Notes: generated by a model from the sequence alone, not told the origin. Counted from the first letter of the stretch, positions 20,512 to 30,275 are shown. The stretch is 64,000 nucleotides of DNA from Candidatus Dormiibacterota bacterium (GCA_963709585.1 CAVPXI010000007.1:512001-576000); one strand, 5' to 3'. Numbers and translations are program-made.

Positions 20512-21378
20512 TCAGACCTGGACGAGCCCGCGCCGCGCCCGGGCAAGCGCCAGGGTGTTGCGAAGCAGCATGGCGATGGTCATCGGCCCGACGCCGCCGG
20601 GCACGGGGGTCAGCCACCCGGCGATCGGCTCCACGGCATCGCGGTCGACGTCGCCGACCACGACACCGTCGCGCGGGGTGGTGCCGACGTCGATCACGAA
20701 CGCGCCGGGTTTCACGTATGAGGAGCCGACCATGCGCGGTCGGCCGATCGCGGTCACGAGGATGTCCGCCTCGCGGCAGATCGACGCGAGGTCCTGGGTT
20801 CTGGAGTGGCAGATGGTCACCGTGGAGTCGGCGTTGGTCAGCATGAGCGCAAGCGGACGTCCGACGATGGCGCTGCGCCCGATGACGACGGCGCGGCTGC
20901 CGCGCAGTGAAACCCCGCTTCGGCGGAGCAGTTCCATGCACCCGAGCGGGGTGCCCGGCGCGACCACCGCGGGGTGGCCCTCGGCAAGCCGGCCGAAGTT
21001 GTACGGATGGAACCCGTCAGCGTCCTTGCCCTGGGACACGCTCTCGGTCACCGCCTGCGCATCCACGTGCCCGGGCAGGGGCAGCTGCACCAGGATCCCG
21101 TCGACGCCGGGGTCGTCGTCGAGTCGCCTTACCAGGTCGACGAGCTCGGCGGTGGTGCTCTCCGCCGGCGGCCTGTGCAGCGCGAACTCCACCCCGGCGC
21201 GCTCGGCGGCGCGACCCTTGTTGCGCACGTAGATCGCCGACGCCGGGTCGTCACCGCAGAGGACCACGGCGAGCGAGGGCGGGCGGCTGCCGGCCTCGGT
21301 CATGGCGGTTATCTCCGCGGCGATCTCCGCGCGTAGCTCGGCGGCGATCGCCTTGCCGTCGACGATGACCGCGCTCAT
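20512..21378 (-). CDS. folD: Methylene-THF dehydrogenase/cyclohydrolase
   Basis: DGK, YVRNK, GILVQLPLP, KDADGFHP, VIGRSAIVGRP, TPVPGGVGPMT. Confidence 0.97.
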   Translation of the reverse strand: MSAVIVDGKAIAAELRAEIAAEITAMTEAGSRPPSLAVVLCGDDPASAIYVRNKGRAAERAGVEFALHRPPAESTTAELVDLVRRLDDDPGVDGILVQLPLPGHVDAQAVTESVSQGKDADGFHPYNFGRLAEGHPAVVAPGTPLGCMELLRRSGVSLRGSRAVVIGRSAIVGRPLALMLTNADSTVTICHSRTQDLASICREADILVTAIGRPRMVGSSYVKPGAFVIDVGTTPRDGVVVGDVDRDAVEPIAGWLTPVPGGVGPMTIAMLLRNTLALARARRGLVQV

Positions 21379-21770
21379 TCTTCGAGCCCTGCCTGAACTC
21401 CCGCCTGCGCGAACCGCTCGATGATCACCCAGCAGCGGTCGATCATTCCGGCGATGGGTGGCTGTTTTCCGACGCGGACCTTGACGCTGTCGATTCCCGG
21501 CTGGGCGAGGACGCTTTCGGCGATTCGCGCGGCGATCGCCTCGATCAGGCTGTACTGCTCGTCCTCGACGATCGTGCGCACCATGGCGAAGGCACGCGAG
21601 TAGTCGAGCGTATCGGCGATGTCGTCGCTACGGCCGGCGACGGACAGGTCCATGCGGATCTCGACGCCGACGTAAAAACGATTGCCGAGCGTGCGCTCCG
21701 CCTGGGTTTCGCCGTGGTAGCCGTAGAACGACATTCCCTCGAGGACGAGCAGATCCGGCGAGCCAGGCAC
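21375..21770 (-). CDS. folB: Dihydroneopterin aldolase
   Basis: FYGYHG..ERTLGNRF, SDDIADTLDY, LIEAIA, VGK. Confidence 0.93.
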   Translation of the reverse strand: MPGSPDLLVLEGMSFYGYHGETQAERTLGNRFYVGVEIRMDLSVAGRSDDIADTLDYSRAFAMVRTIVEDEQYSLIEAIAARIAESVLAQPGIDSVKVRVGKQPPIAGMIDRCWVIIERFAQAGVQAGLEE

Positions 21771-21843
21771 GGCGCGATTGTACGGAGGCGTGCCGTCCGC
21801 GACGGCGGGCAGGCCGCGGGGGTGCGACGGGCGAGGCTGCGCC

Positions 21844-22113
21844 TCAGACTCCGCGAACGCCGCCCTCGGGTCGCAGCACCTGCTCGTGGTGGTCGACCGG
21901 GTTGACCATCACCACCTGGAAGAGATCCTCGAAATCGCACGCGAACAGCTGCATCAGCGACTGACGGAGCTTCGGCCCCGGGTTGCGTGTGCCCGCCTCG
22001 AGCGCCGGGATGTAGTTCTGGGTGACCCCGAGCCGGCGCGCCAGCTCGCGCTGGGTCAGGTGGTGCTTGTCACGCATCGCCCGCAAACCGACGGCTCTCA
22101 CCTCGACATTCAC
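21844..22113 (-). CDS. XRE-family HTH transcriptional regulator
   Basis: LTQRELARRLGVTQNYIPALEAGTRNPG; GTG lies 7 nt after a TATATT -10. Confidence 0.88.
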   Translation of the reverse strand: MNVEVRAVGLRAMRDKHHLTQRELARRLGVTQNYIPALEAGTRNPGPKLRQSLMQLFACDFEDLFQVVMVNPVDHHEQVLRPEGGVRGV

Positions 22114-22120
22114 ACGGACA

Positions 22121-22150
22121 AATATACCCACCTGTGAGTGTGTTCGTCAA
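22121..22150 (-). promoter_or_regulatory. Sigma70-type promoter of the XRE gene with a possible operator
   Basis: TTGACG-N18-TATATT; imperfect inverted repeat ACCCAC-CT-GTGAGT between the hexamers. Confidence 0.6.
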
Positions 22151-22193
22151 CGCAACGAGACGCGGGGGCCTGTCGTCTGGTAGACCGTGGTCG

Positions 22194-22724
22194 GTGAGCA
22201 TCCCCGGTCGCGTCCCACTGCACACCGTCCGGCTCGTCCTGGAGCCGGTCTCCCACGCCCACGACGATGACCTGTTCCAGGCGGCACTCGCCTCGCGTGC
22301 CGAGCTCCTCCCCTGGATGCCGTGGGCGGTCGACCTCTCAATGGACGCCCAATCCGCCTATACGGACCGGGCGCTGGCGGAATGGGAGTCGGGGTCGCCC
22401 GCATTCGCGATCACCGAGCACGGCATCGCCGTCGGGATCATCGGCCTGATGCGCGAGACCGACGCCGAGTACGAGATCCACTACTGGCTCGCCACCGAGC
22501 GCACCGGGCGGGGCTACGTCACCGAGGCAGGGCAGGCGCTGCTCGAGTGGGCGCGAGATGCGCTCGGCGCGCAGCGCATCGTGCTCCACGCCGGCATGGA
22601 GAATCGACGCAGCCTCGGCGTCGCGGAGCGGCTCGGTTTCACCCGCGACGGTGACCTCGAGGGAGGCATGACCGGCGGGAGCGTCGCGGTGTTTCCAGCG
22701 TACAGCCACCACCTCGCCCTCTAA
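22194..22724 (+). CDS. GNAT N-acetyltransferase (RimJ/RimL-like)
   Basis: LLPWMPW, EIHYWL..TGRGYVTEA, ENRRSLGVAERLGF. Confidence 0.9.
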   Translation: MSIPGRVPLHTVRLVLEPVSHAHDDDLFQAALASRAELLPWMPWAVDLSMDAQSAYTDRALAEWESGSPAFAITEHGIAVGIIGLMRETDAEYEIHYWLATERTGRGYVTEAGQALLEWARDALGAQRIVLHAGMENRRSLGVAERLGFTRDGDLEGGMTGGSVAVFPAYSHHLAL

Positions 22725-23584
22725 CCGTTGCGCTTGAGGAGCCCGAGCCGCTTGGCCCGGTGTTCCGCCTTGGCGAACACCAGGATCCCGCAGGGGATCA
22801 GCACGGCGCCCATGCCGAGGAGGAGCAGGATCGTGCCGAGCAGCGCTCCCGCCCCGGCGTGGTCGAGCAACGCCGAGCGGATCCCGGTGAGCGTGTAGGT
22901 GAGTGGCGATGCGTCACCCATGATCCGGAACGCCACCGGAAGCACCGTCAACGGGTAGTACACGCCCGAGACCAGGAGCAGCACTCCCTGCACGGCGACG
23001 GCCATCTGCTCGCCCTTCTCCGGGGACAGCAGCGGCAGGATCGACGTGAAGATGCCCAGGCCGAGCACCGGGAATGTCGACGCGGCCAGGACCAGGAGGG
23101 CCGAGCCGATGTCGGCGTGGGACAGGTCGAGGTGGAACGCAAGCGCGATCGCGACCAGGATGACGACGCTGCGGAGCATCGCGTACACGATCGCGAACGA
23201 GCAGATGCCGAGCAGGTGGGTGACCCGTCGCACCGGCGCCATGAACGTGTATTCGATCGTCCCTTCCCACCGCTCCCACGCGATCGCAAAGGACACGTCG
23301 AAGAACATCAGCGACAGGTAGCTCCACAGCAATGATCCGACCAGCAGGTAGAGCTGGGCCTGGGCGACGTTGACCCTGGCGTTGGCGCCGCTGAACGAGC
23401 CCAGCCCGGAGGCGAGATAGCCGATGCTCAGCGTGCTGACGATGCTGTAGACGAGCCACACGACCTCCCAGACCCAGTAACGGCGGTAGAGGTTGCGCTG
23501 GCGCTCGAAGAATCCCAGGAACGCGTTGACTTCGAGACGCATCCCGCGCGAGCGCAGATCGACGTCATGAATGCCGGCACTCAT
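22721..23584 (-). CDS. ABC-2 type exporter permease
   Basis: Six TM segments, WERWEGTIEYTFMAP, SGVYYP, SPLTY. Confidence 0.92.
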   Translation of the reverse strand: MSAGIHDVDLRSRGMRLEVNAFLGFFERQRNLYRRYWVWEVVWLVYSIVSTLSIGYLASGLGSFSGANARVNVAQAQLYLLVGSLLWSYLSLMFFDVSFAIAWERWEGTIEYTFMAPVRRVTHLLGICSFAIVYAMLRSVVILVAIALAFHLDLSHADIGSALLVLAASTFPVLGLGIFTSILPLLSPEKGEQMAVAVQGVLLLVSGVYYPLTVLPVAFRIMGDASPLTYTLTGIRSALLDHAGAGALLGTILLLLGMGAVLIPCGILVFAKAEHRAKRLGLLKRNG

Positions 23585-24438
23585 CACGATTCCTCCTCGT
23601 CTTCATCGGCTTCGCTGTCGTCGTCGAAGCTCTTCCCGGTCAGCCGGAGAAACACGTCCTCCAGCGAGGATCCGTCGCCGGACACACCGTGCTCGGCGCG
23701 CAGCGCCTCGGGCGTGCCCTCGGCCAGGATCCGGCCGCGGTCGAGAATGACCACGCGATCGCAGAGCCGCTCCGCCTCCTCCAGGTCGTGGGTGCTGAGC
23801 AGCACGGTCACGCCGGATTGCGCGCGTATGTCACGCACGAATCCCTGCACCTCACGCTTTGAGCGCGGATCGAGACCCGTCGTCGGCTCGTCCATGAGCA
23901 GCAACGACGGACTGGTCAGCAGGCTCCGGGCGATCGCGACCTTCTGCTGCTGCCCGCGCGACAGCTGCTTCATCGGTCTGTCCACCGTGTCGCGCGGCAG
24001 TCCGAGCCTGATCAGCGCGGCGACCGCTGCCTCACGGGTGCCCCGCCCGCCGCGTCCGTAGAGACGCGTGGCGTACGAGAGGTTCTCCCACGGGCTCATC
24101 TCCTTGAAGAAGCTCGCCTCGACCGAGACACGATTGACGTGGCGGCGCACCTCATGGCCGTCCGACACCACGTCGTGGCCGAAGACGCGTGCACTTCCCT
24201 CGTCCGGGATCGTGAGGGTTGCGAGCACGCGGAGCAGCGTCGACTTGCCGCTGCCGTTCAGCCCGACGATGGCGACCATCTCGCCGTCGCGCACGCGCAG
24301 ATTGACGGAATCGACGGCGCGCCTGAACGCCTGTGCCGGCGGACGGCGACGCCATGGCCGTCCGCGTCGCTCGCGCCGGAACGACTTCACAAGCTTGGTC
24401 ACTTCGACGGCAAGGCCGCCGTCACTTACCCTGGACAC
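23584..24438 (-). CDS. ABC transporter ATP-binding protein
   Basis: Walker A GLNGSGKST, signature LSRGQQQK, LMDEPT, LSTHDL; SD AGGAG. Confidence 0.95.
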   Translation of the reverse strand: MSRVSDGGLAVEVTKLVKSFRRERRGRPWRRRPPAQAFRRAVDSVNLRVRDGEMVAIVGLNGSGKSTLLRVLATLTIPDEGSARVFGHDVVSDGHEVRRHVNRVSVEASFFKEMSPWENLSYATRLYGRGGRGTREAAVAALIRLGLPRDTVDRPMKQLSRGQQQKVAIARSLLTSPSLLLMDEPTTGLDPRSKREVQGFVRDIRAQSGVTVLLSTHDLEEAERLCDRVVILDRGRILAEGTPEALRAEHGVSGDGSSLEDVFLRLTGKSFDDDSEADEDEEES

Positions 24439-24475
24439 CGATTTCTCCTGCTCACGTTGATGTTTCTCTTCTGGA

Positions 24476-24514
24476 CAAACAAAAAGGACCGCGCCGGCCG
24501 GGCCGCACGATCCT
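24476..24514 (-). terminator. Intrinsic terminator in the 5' leader of the ABC operon
   Basis: AGGATCGTGC..GCGCGGTCCT stem followed by TTTTGTTTG, upstream of the start codon. Confidence 0.75.
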
Positions 24515-24543
24515 GTGAGCAGAGCGCTGCGATGCTCAGAGAC

Positions 24544-24621
24544 TCAGGGAGCGACCCCCGACGAGCGGACTCGTCCCACCGAAGGGATCAGCCCGACTCC
24601 GATGCCGTGCAACACCATCAC
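24544..24621 (-). CDS. Putative leader peptide MMVLHGIGVGLIPSVGRVRSSGVAP
   Basis: SD AGAGGAG 9 nt upstream of GTG-ATG; lies between the promoter and the terminator. Confidence 0.55.
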   Translation of the reverse strand: MMVLHGIGVGLIPSVGRVRSSGVAP

Positions 24622-24661
24622 AAAAAAGGGCTCCTCTGCGCGAATCAACGAACGAGGCGTC

Positions 24662-24690
24662 ATGGTAGGTGCTGCGCACCGCGCTGTCAA
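24662..24690 (-). promoter_or_regulatory. Sigma70-type promoter of the ABC operon
   Basis: TTGACA-N17-TACCAT. Confidence 0.75.
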
Positions 24691-24740
24691 ACCAGCTCGA
24701 GCAGCCGTGTGGTCGTGCCGGCAACGGGTATCCTCGGGAC

Positions 24741-25106
24741 ATGTGTCGCGTCTGCATGAAGCGCCCGGAGATCCCGGACGAGCGCTACGGCCGCTGCGAA
24801 CAGTGCGCCAAGGCGAGCCGCAACGCGTTCCGTTTCCGGCTGTTTCCCGCCCGCGGGGGTGCGGGCTTCACGGTCAAGGCCGGCGAGCTGTCGCCCCATG
24901 CGCTGCGCCAGAAATGGCGCACGCCGCTCGGCGCATACAAGGGTCATCTCACCACCAAGACGAGCCTCGGACTCCACGAGCTCGAGATGGTCACCGCCAA
25001 GGAGCGCGTCGAGAGCCTGCGGGTCGCGCCCGACCTCGCCGGCCACGACACCGAGGTGCTCGCCGCCCTCCACGCTGCCGCCGAGCGAACCGACACGGCG
25101 TGGTGA
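24741..25106 (+). CDS. Hypothetical protein with N-terminal CxxC..CxxC (zinc-finger-like)
   Basis: MCRVC..GRCEQC; TATCCT -10 6 nt before the ATG. Confidence 0.72.
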   Translation: MCRVCMKRPEIPDERYGRCEQCAKASRNAFRFRLFPARGGAGFTVKAGELSPHALRQKWRTPLGAYKGHLTTKTSLGLHELEMVTAKERVESLRVAPDLAGHDTEVLAALHAAAERTDTAW

Positions 25107-25117
25107 GCAGCCGCCAC

Positions 25118-26389
25118 TCAGCCTGAGAACAGCTTCCACCACGGTGAGGGCGCGGCGATGGCGGTGGTGCTGACCACCTTCCAGGTTATCGAGGTCTTCG
25201 CGTTCAGGACACCGGTGACCTCTGCAACGGTCGCGCCGGTGGGGATCGGAGCGCGCAGTTCCAGGACGGACACGTGAATGCGCAGCAACGCCCCCGCGCG
25301 GATGAAGACGAGGTCGGAGGCGGCCAAGGGTGATACCACCACGGGACCGTTGATCCCCCACCGCGTGGTGATCGATCCGGACACCTGCGGTGCGACCGCC
25401 GAGAGATCGACTGCTGCGTAGGCAGCGACTGCGGCGGTGACCGCCTGTTGCGCCGAGAGAAAGGCCTGACCGAGCTCAGGATGCGCCCCGTCACCTGAGC
25501 CGTCGGGTGGCTGGCCGAGGACGGCCCCCCACACGATGACGGTGTTCCCGGTGTCGTAATGCATTTCGTCAGCGAAGAGAAGGCACCCACCGGCAGCCCC
25601 GGTCCACCCGGTCTTGATGCCCAGCCATCCCGGCTGCCGGTTGAGCAGGATGTCGAGGTTCTTGAGCACGGTGCCGTCCGGCAATGCAGCCTGCGCGGTC
25701 CCCACCAGGTCGGCGAGCCCGGGGTTGGCGATCACCGCCCTCGCGAGCGCCACAAGATCGGCGGCAGTCGAAACCGTTCTCACGCTGATGCCACTCGGGT
25801 CGGCGAAATGGGTGGCGTGCATGCCCAGAGCCGCAGCAGTTGCGTTGAGACGTGCGATGAACGCAGCACGGTTGCCGGACACCCAGACGGCCAGCGTTTC
25901 GGCGATGTTGTCGGCCGACGGCAGCAGCAGCGCGAGGAGCAGGTCGCGCTCGGTTAGGACCTCACCTGCACGAACGCGCAGATTCGACCCTCCCTCGGCG
26001 ACCGCCTGTCGATACAGGGCCACGTCCGCGCTGGTCATGGTGATCGAAGGCCCATCCCCGCCGGGGCCGATCGGATGCGCGCTGAGGACGACGAGCGCAG
26101 TCATCGCCTTGGCGACCGAACCGATCGGACGCACGGCGGCGACCTCTCGGGTCGCGATCGTCCCACCCATGCTGGTCGCGAGCGCGAAGCTGCCGCTGTC
26201 GGGCGTTGGTATCGGGGGTGGCGCGGTGCCGTCGAGCAGTACCGTGGCGGACGCCTGGACGCGCACGGTCGCAGCCGGTGGCGGAGCGGTGAGCCTAACC
26301 GCAACGAACGTGGCCGCTGTGATCACCGTCGCGGCGACCACAGCGACGAACACGATCCACACCCACGACGTCCGTCGCGACCGAGCCAT
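25118..26389 (-). CDS. D-alanyl-D-alanine carboxypeptidase (peptidase S11)
   Basis: N-terminal TM; SxxK (SVAK), LLPSADN, FADPSG, IKTG. Confidence 0.9.
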   Translation of the reverse strand: MARSRRTSWVWIVFVAVVAATVITAATFVAVRLTAPPPAATVRVQASATVLLDGTAPPPIPTPDSGSFALATSMGGTIATREVAAVRPIGSVAKAMTALVVLSAHPIGPGGDGPSITMTSADVALYRQAVAEGGSNLRVRAGEVLTERDLLLALLLPSADNIAETLAVWVSGNRAAFIARLNATAAALGMHATHFADPSGISVRTVSTAADLVALARAVIANPGLADLVGTAQAALPDGTVLKNLDILLNRQPGWLGIKTGWTGAAGGCLLFADEMHYDTGNTVIVWGAVLGQPPDGSGDGAHPELGQAFLSAQQAVTAAVAAYAAVDLSAVAPQVSGSITTRWGINGPVVVSPLAASDLVFIRAGALLRIHVSVLELRAPIPTGATVAEVTGVLNAKTSITWKVVSTTAIAAPSPWWKLFSG

Positions 26390-26484
26390 CCGGCCTATAT
26401 ACGCGCGTCGACCCGTAGGATGCCTGCGTGCCTATCCACGACGACATCGCGCCGGTGGCGGCGTCACATCACGCCGCCTGAGGA

Positions 26485-26799
26485 TCAGGCCTTGGCCCGG
26501 CGCGTAACCCGTGCACCCTTCACCGCGCTCGAGAGCGAGGTGCTCGCCGAGAAACGCACGACCCGACGGGCCGGCACCTTGACCGCCTCGCCGGTCCGCG
26601 GGTTGCGACCAAGCCGCGCGGCGCGCTGTGCGGTCTTGAAGTTGCCGAAACCGTGGATGCGAACCTCGTCGCCTTTTTCCAGCGACTGCGCGATGGTGTC
26701 GAAGAACCAGCGCACCTCATCGCGTGCGGCGGTGACGGTGATTTCTGCACGATCTGCGAGTTGCTTTGCGAGCACATCGCGTGTCACGACTGTAGCCAT
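26485..26799 (-). CDS. hup: HU family DNA-binding protein
   Basis: VRIHGFGNF, RAARLGRNPRTGE. Confidence 0.92.
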   Translation of the reverse strand: MATVVTRDVLAKQLADRAEITVTAARDEVRWFFDTIAQSLEKGDEVRIHGFGNFKTAQRAARLGRNPRTGEAVKVPARRVVRFSASTSLSSAVKGARVTRRAKA

Positions 26800-26874
26800 G
26801 CGTTCTCTCCAGGAGTTTGACGGGGAAACGGGCGCCAGTGTAAGGAATACCGAGGTGCTTTCTCAACAACGATC

Positions 26875-27891
26875 GTGTCGGTCGCTGTGCTAGCGTCGCA
26901 ACGCGTGTCGTTGGCGCACGCCGGCGTCGCGGATGCGGAGTGGGATATCGCGCTGCAGCGAATGGGCGGCCACTTCCTGCAGAGCACCCTGTGGCAGCGC
27001 GTCCAGGCCGCTCTCGGCCACGACGTCATCTGGGCCCGCGACGAGCAGTGGATGTGGGCAGGCGCAATTCGTTCGGGCCACTTTCCCCGCTACGTCTACC
27101 TGCCGCACGGCCCCACGGCCGCCTCGACGGACGCGATGACCGGCGCACTTGCCGATGCTATGGGCGCAGCTCGCGAGCGTTCGCTCGACTTCGTCCGCGC
27201 CGAGCCGGCCGGAGAGGCGGTTCTGCCTGCGCTGGTTGCGTCAAGCGCACATCCAAGCAGATCAATTCAACCTCGATGGACGTGGATTCTCGATCTCACG
27301 CCTGACGAGGCCGCCCTCCGCAAGGGGCTGAGCTCGGGACATCGAGGGGCGATCAACGCCGCTCCACGTCGCGGGCTGACGTTCCGTGTGAGCGCCGATC
27401 CCGACGACATCGAGATCTTCCTCCGCCTCCAGGAGCGCACCGCAGCGGCTGGAAGGTTTCGCGGACAGGAGCAGTCATATCACCGCGCCGTCGCTCGCAC
27501 GCTGATGCCCGAACACGCGGCTGCCCTGTACATCGCCGACGCGGCAGGAGTGCCGGTTGCCGCCGCGCTCTGCTTCGACTTCTCCGCCACCCGGTACTAC
27601 GCGCACGCCGTGTCGGACCCCGAAGCAGGCCGCCGCCTCCAGGCTGCCGCTCCCCTGGTGTGGCGGATGATCCTCGATGCTCGCGCCGCAGGCGCGCGGC
27701 GATTCGACTTCTGGGGCATCAGCCCAGCCGGTCATGCCACATCCGGCGCCGCTGCGCATCCATGGGACGGGTTCTCGCAGTTCAAGCGATCCTTCGGCGG
27801 CGAGGCGGTCGAACGCGCCGGCACATGGGATCTGGGCGTTCGTTCGTTGCGCCACAGCCTGTATCGGGCCGCGGTCCGGCTGCGGCGGTGA
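26875..27891 (+). CDS. FemABX-family peptidoglycan interpeptide-bridge aminoacyltransferase
   Basis: HFLQSTLW, YLPHGP, SIQPRWT..LDL, FDFWGI, GFSQFKRSFGG. Confidence 0.88.
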   Translation: MSVAVLASQRVSLAHAGVADAEWDIALQRMGGHFLQSTLWQRVQAALGHDVIWARDEQWMWAGAIRSGHFPRYVYLPHGPTAASTDAMTGALADAMGAARERSLDFVRAEPAGEAVLPALVASSAHPSRSIQPRWTWILDLTPDEAALRKGLSSGHRGAINAAPRRGLTFRVSADPDDIEIFLRLQERTAAAGRFRGQEQSYHRAVARTLMPEHAAALYIADAAGVPVAAALCFDFSATRYYAHAVSDPEAGRRLQAAAPLVWRMILDARAAGARRFDFWGISPAGHATSGAAAHPWDGFSQFKRSFGGEAVERAGTWDLGVRSLRHSLYRAAVRLRR

Positions 27892-28928
27892 GACCGGCCA
27901 GCGCGCAGGAGATCGGAGGCTGGGACGAGCTCGTCGTCCACAACCCGGATGGAGGGCAGATCCTGCAGACGCGCGCGTGGGGGGAGTTCAAGCGCGCGCA
28001 TCGGTGGGTGCCGCGCTACCTGCTGTCGGAAGATGGACCGCAGGTCGCGGTGCTCGAGCTGCGTCATTCCGTGCCCGGGCTCGGCGCGCTCGGATACGTC
28101 CCGAAAGGGCCGGGTGTGGCCGACGTCGCACCCATGGCCGCTCTCGTCGACGGACTCCGCGCCACCGCGGGCTCGGCTTTCGCGATCAAGGTGGAGCCGG
28201 AGATCGAGCAGAGCGTGGCGGCGACCGCGGCGCTGCGCGACATGGGACTCGAGAAGTCTCGTCACGACGTGCAGATCAGCCGGGCGACGATCATCGTCGA
28301 CCTCTGGCCGGACGAGGCCGCGCTGCTCGCGTCGTTCAAGCCGAAGTGCCGGTACAACATCAGGCTGGCGCAGCGCCACGGCGTGACCGTCGCGCCGGTG
28401 TCGCTCGACGCCGGAAGCATCGACGCCATGTACGCGCTCATGGCATCGACACGCGATCGAGCCGGCTTCACGCTGCGCAGCAGGGAGTACTTCTCGCAGT
28501 ACTGGCATCTCCACGCCGCAGCCGGTCAGGGCCAGCTCTTCTTCGCGTCACTCGACGGCGAGGTGCTCGCCGGGGTTTTCGCGACCTACCTCGGCCGCAA
28601 GGCCTGGTACAAGGACGGAGGCTCAACCAAGGAACACGCCGCGGTGATGGCGCCACACCTCCTGCAGTGGGAGGTGATGCGCTGGCTACGGGCCCGCGGT
28701 GTCGATGCTTACGACCTGGTGGCGGTGCCCCCGGCCGCCGAGCTCAAGCCCTCGCACCCGCTGTACGGGCTCTACCGCTTCAAGTCCGGGTTCAGCGAGC
28801 GCATCACCGAGTACGTCGGCACCTGGGATCTCCCCATCCGGCGCAGTCGCTATGCGGCGTGGAACGCTCTCGCGGAGCGGGCCGCCCACCAGTGGGCGTA
28901 CCGCGTGCGCCACGATCTGCTGTATTAG
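27888..28928 (+). CDS. FemABX-family aminoacyltransferase (second paralog)
   Basis: ILQTRAWGEFK, YVPKGP, IKVEP, KCRYNIRLA, LQWE, GLYRFKSGF; GTG overlaps the upstream TGA. Confidence 0.92.
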   Translation: MRPASAQEIGGWDELVVHNPDGGQILQTRAWGEFKRAHRWVPRYLLSEDGPQVAVLELRHSVPGLGALGYVPKGPGVADVAPMAALVDGLRATAGSAFAIKVEPEIEQSVAATAALRDMGLEKSRHDVQISRATIIVDLWPDEAALLASFKPKCRYNIRLAQRHGVTVAPVSLDAGSIDAMYALMASTRDRAGFTLRSREYFSQYWHLHAAAGQGQLFFASLDGEVLAGVFATYLGRKAWYKDGGSTKEHAAVMAPHLLQWEVMRWLRARGVDAYDLVAVPPAAELKPSHPLYGLYRFKSGFSERITEYVGTWDLPIRRSRYAAWNALAERAAHQWAYRVRHDLLY

Positions 28929-30220
28929 CGCCAGATCCTCTTCATGATCACCTTGGACAGCTTTTCGGGATCGTGGTGGGTGGAGATCTGCGACGACGCG
29001 ACGTCGGCGAGGATGTAGTTGACCGGCTGGCGGACGGCCTGGTCGCGGTCGAAGCCGACCCGGGTCACACCTGCCTCAACTGCCGACGGCGGCAGCGGCA
29101 GGCCCACGTTGCTGTTGACGATCACGTAGTCGAAGAGGTTCACGCCGACGTGATCCTCGATGGTCCGCAGATGCTCGCTCACCGAGTACCCCATCGTCTC
29201 GCCGGGCTGGCCGGCGATGTTGCAGACGTAGACCTTCACCGCCGGGCTGGCACGCAGCGCCTCGACCATTCCCTCGATGAGGAGGTTGGGCAGGATCGAC
29301 GTGTAGAGCGACCCCGGTCCGACGATGATCAGCTCGGCGGCCAGGATCGCGGTCTCGGCCTCGGGGTTGATCTCGACATCCGGCGGCTCGAGGAACACGC
29401 GATCGATCTGCTCGACACCGTTGGGCACCTGCAACTCACCGACCCTGACCTCGGTGCCCGCGGTCGCGCAGAGCACGACGTCGCGGAGCGTGGCCGGGAC
29501 GATCTGGCCGCGCACCGCGAGGACCCGACCCGACTCTCGGATGGCATGCTCGAAATCGCCGGTGATCTCGGCCATGGCGGTGATGAACAGGTTGCCGAAG
29601 GAGTGACCGGCGAGCGCTCCCTCACCACCGAACCGGTACTGAAAGAGCTCGGTCATCAGCGGCTCGGTCTCGGCGAGCGCGGTGAGGCACTGGCGGATGT
29701 CTCCCGGCGGCAGGACGCGATATTCCTCGCGGAGGCGTCCGCTGGATCCTCCGTCGTCGGCCACGGTGACGATCGCGACGATGTTGCCTGTGTATTTCTT
29801 GACACCTCTGAGGAGCGAGGACAGGCCGGTACCGCCGCCGATCGCGACCAGGCGCGGGCCCTTGGCGAGCGAGCGGAACTTGTAGAGCTGTTCGGCGAGC
29901 CCGCGATCGGTGCTGCCGCGCCCGGGGAGAAACGGCCCGAGGATCGAGCGGCCGAGCTTGTAGAAGCAGAGGATGATCAGCCCGACGCCGACGAGCGCGA
30001 ACAGGAGCGCGCGGACCAGGCGGGGCAGGAACTGCAGGGTGACATCCCCGACCCACGAGGGGAAGGTGATGGACGCGCTGTACAGGTCGCGCAGGATGTA
30101 GCCCGCCGCCAGGCTGATCATCACGATCGCCAGGAACAGGAGGAGCAGCCAGCGTTTGACGTGGAGCCCTGGCGTGAACCAGCGCATCAGGTTCGCGCTC
30201 GGGCGGATTCGGACCTTCAT
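28925..30220 (-). CDS. YvcK/GlmR (CofD-like) family protein with N-terminal TM helices
   Basis: IGGGTGLS, TVADDGGSSGRLR, PPGDIR, GHSFGNL, GPGSLYTSILPNL. Confidence 0.93.
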   Translation of the reverse strand: MKVRIRPSANLMRWFTPGLHVKRWLLLLFLAIVMISLAAGYILRDLYSASITFPSWVGDVTLQFLPRLVRALLFALVGVGLIILCFYKLGRSILGPFLPGRGSTDRGLAEQLYKFRSLAKGPRLVAIGGGTGLSSLLRGVKKYTGNIVAIVTVADDGGSSGRLREEYRVLPPGDIRQCLTALAETEPLMTELFQYRFGGEGALAGHSFGNLFITAMAEITGDFEHAIRESGRVLAVRGQIVPATLRDVVLCATAGTEVRVGELQVPNGVEQIDRVFLEPPDVEINPEAETAILAAELIIVGPGSLYTSILPNLLIEGMVEALRASPAVKVYVCNIAGQPGETMGYSVSEHLRTIEDHVGVNLFDYVIVNSNVGLPLPPSAVEAGVTRVGFDRDQAVRQPVNYILADVASSQISTHHDPEKLSKVIMKRIWR

Positions 30221-30275
30221 ACCGCGCCCCGATTCTGGCACTTCGGCCAGAACCTGCCAGCAATTCGGCCCGAGG

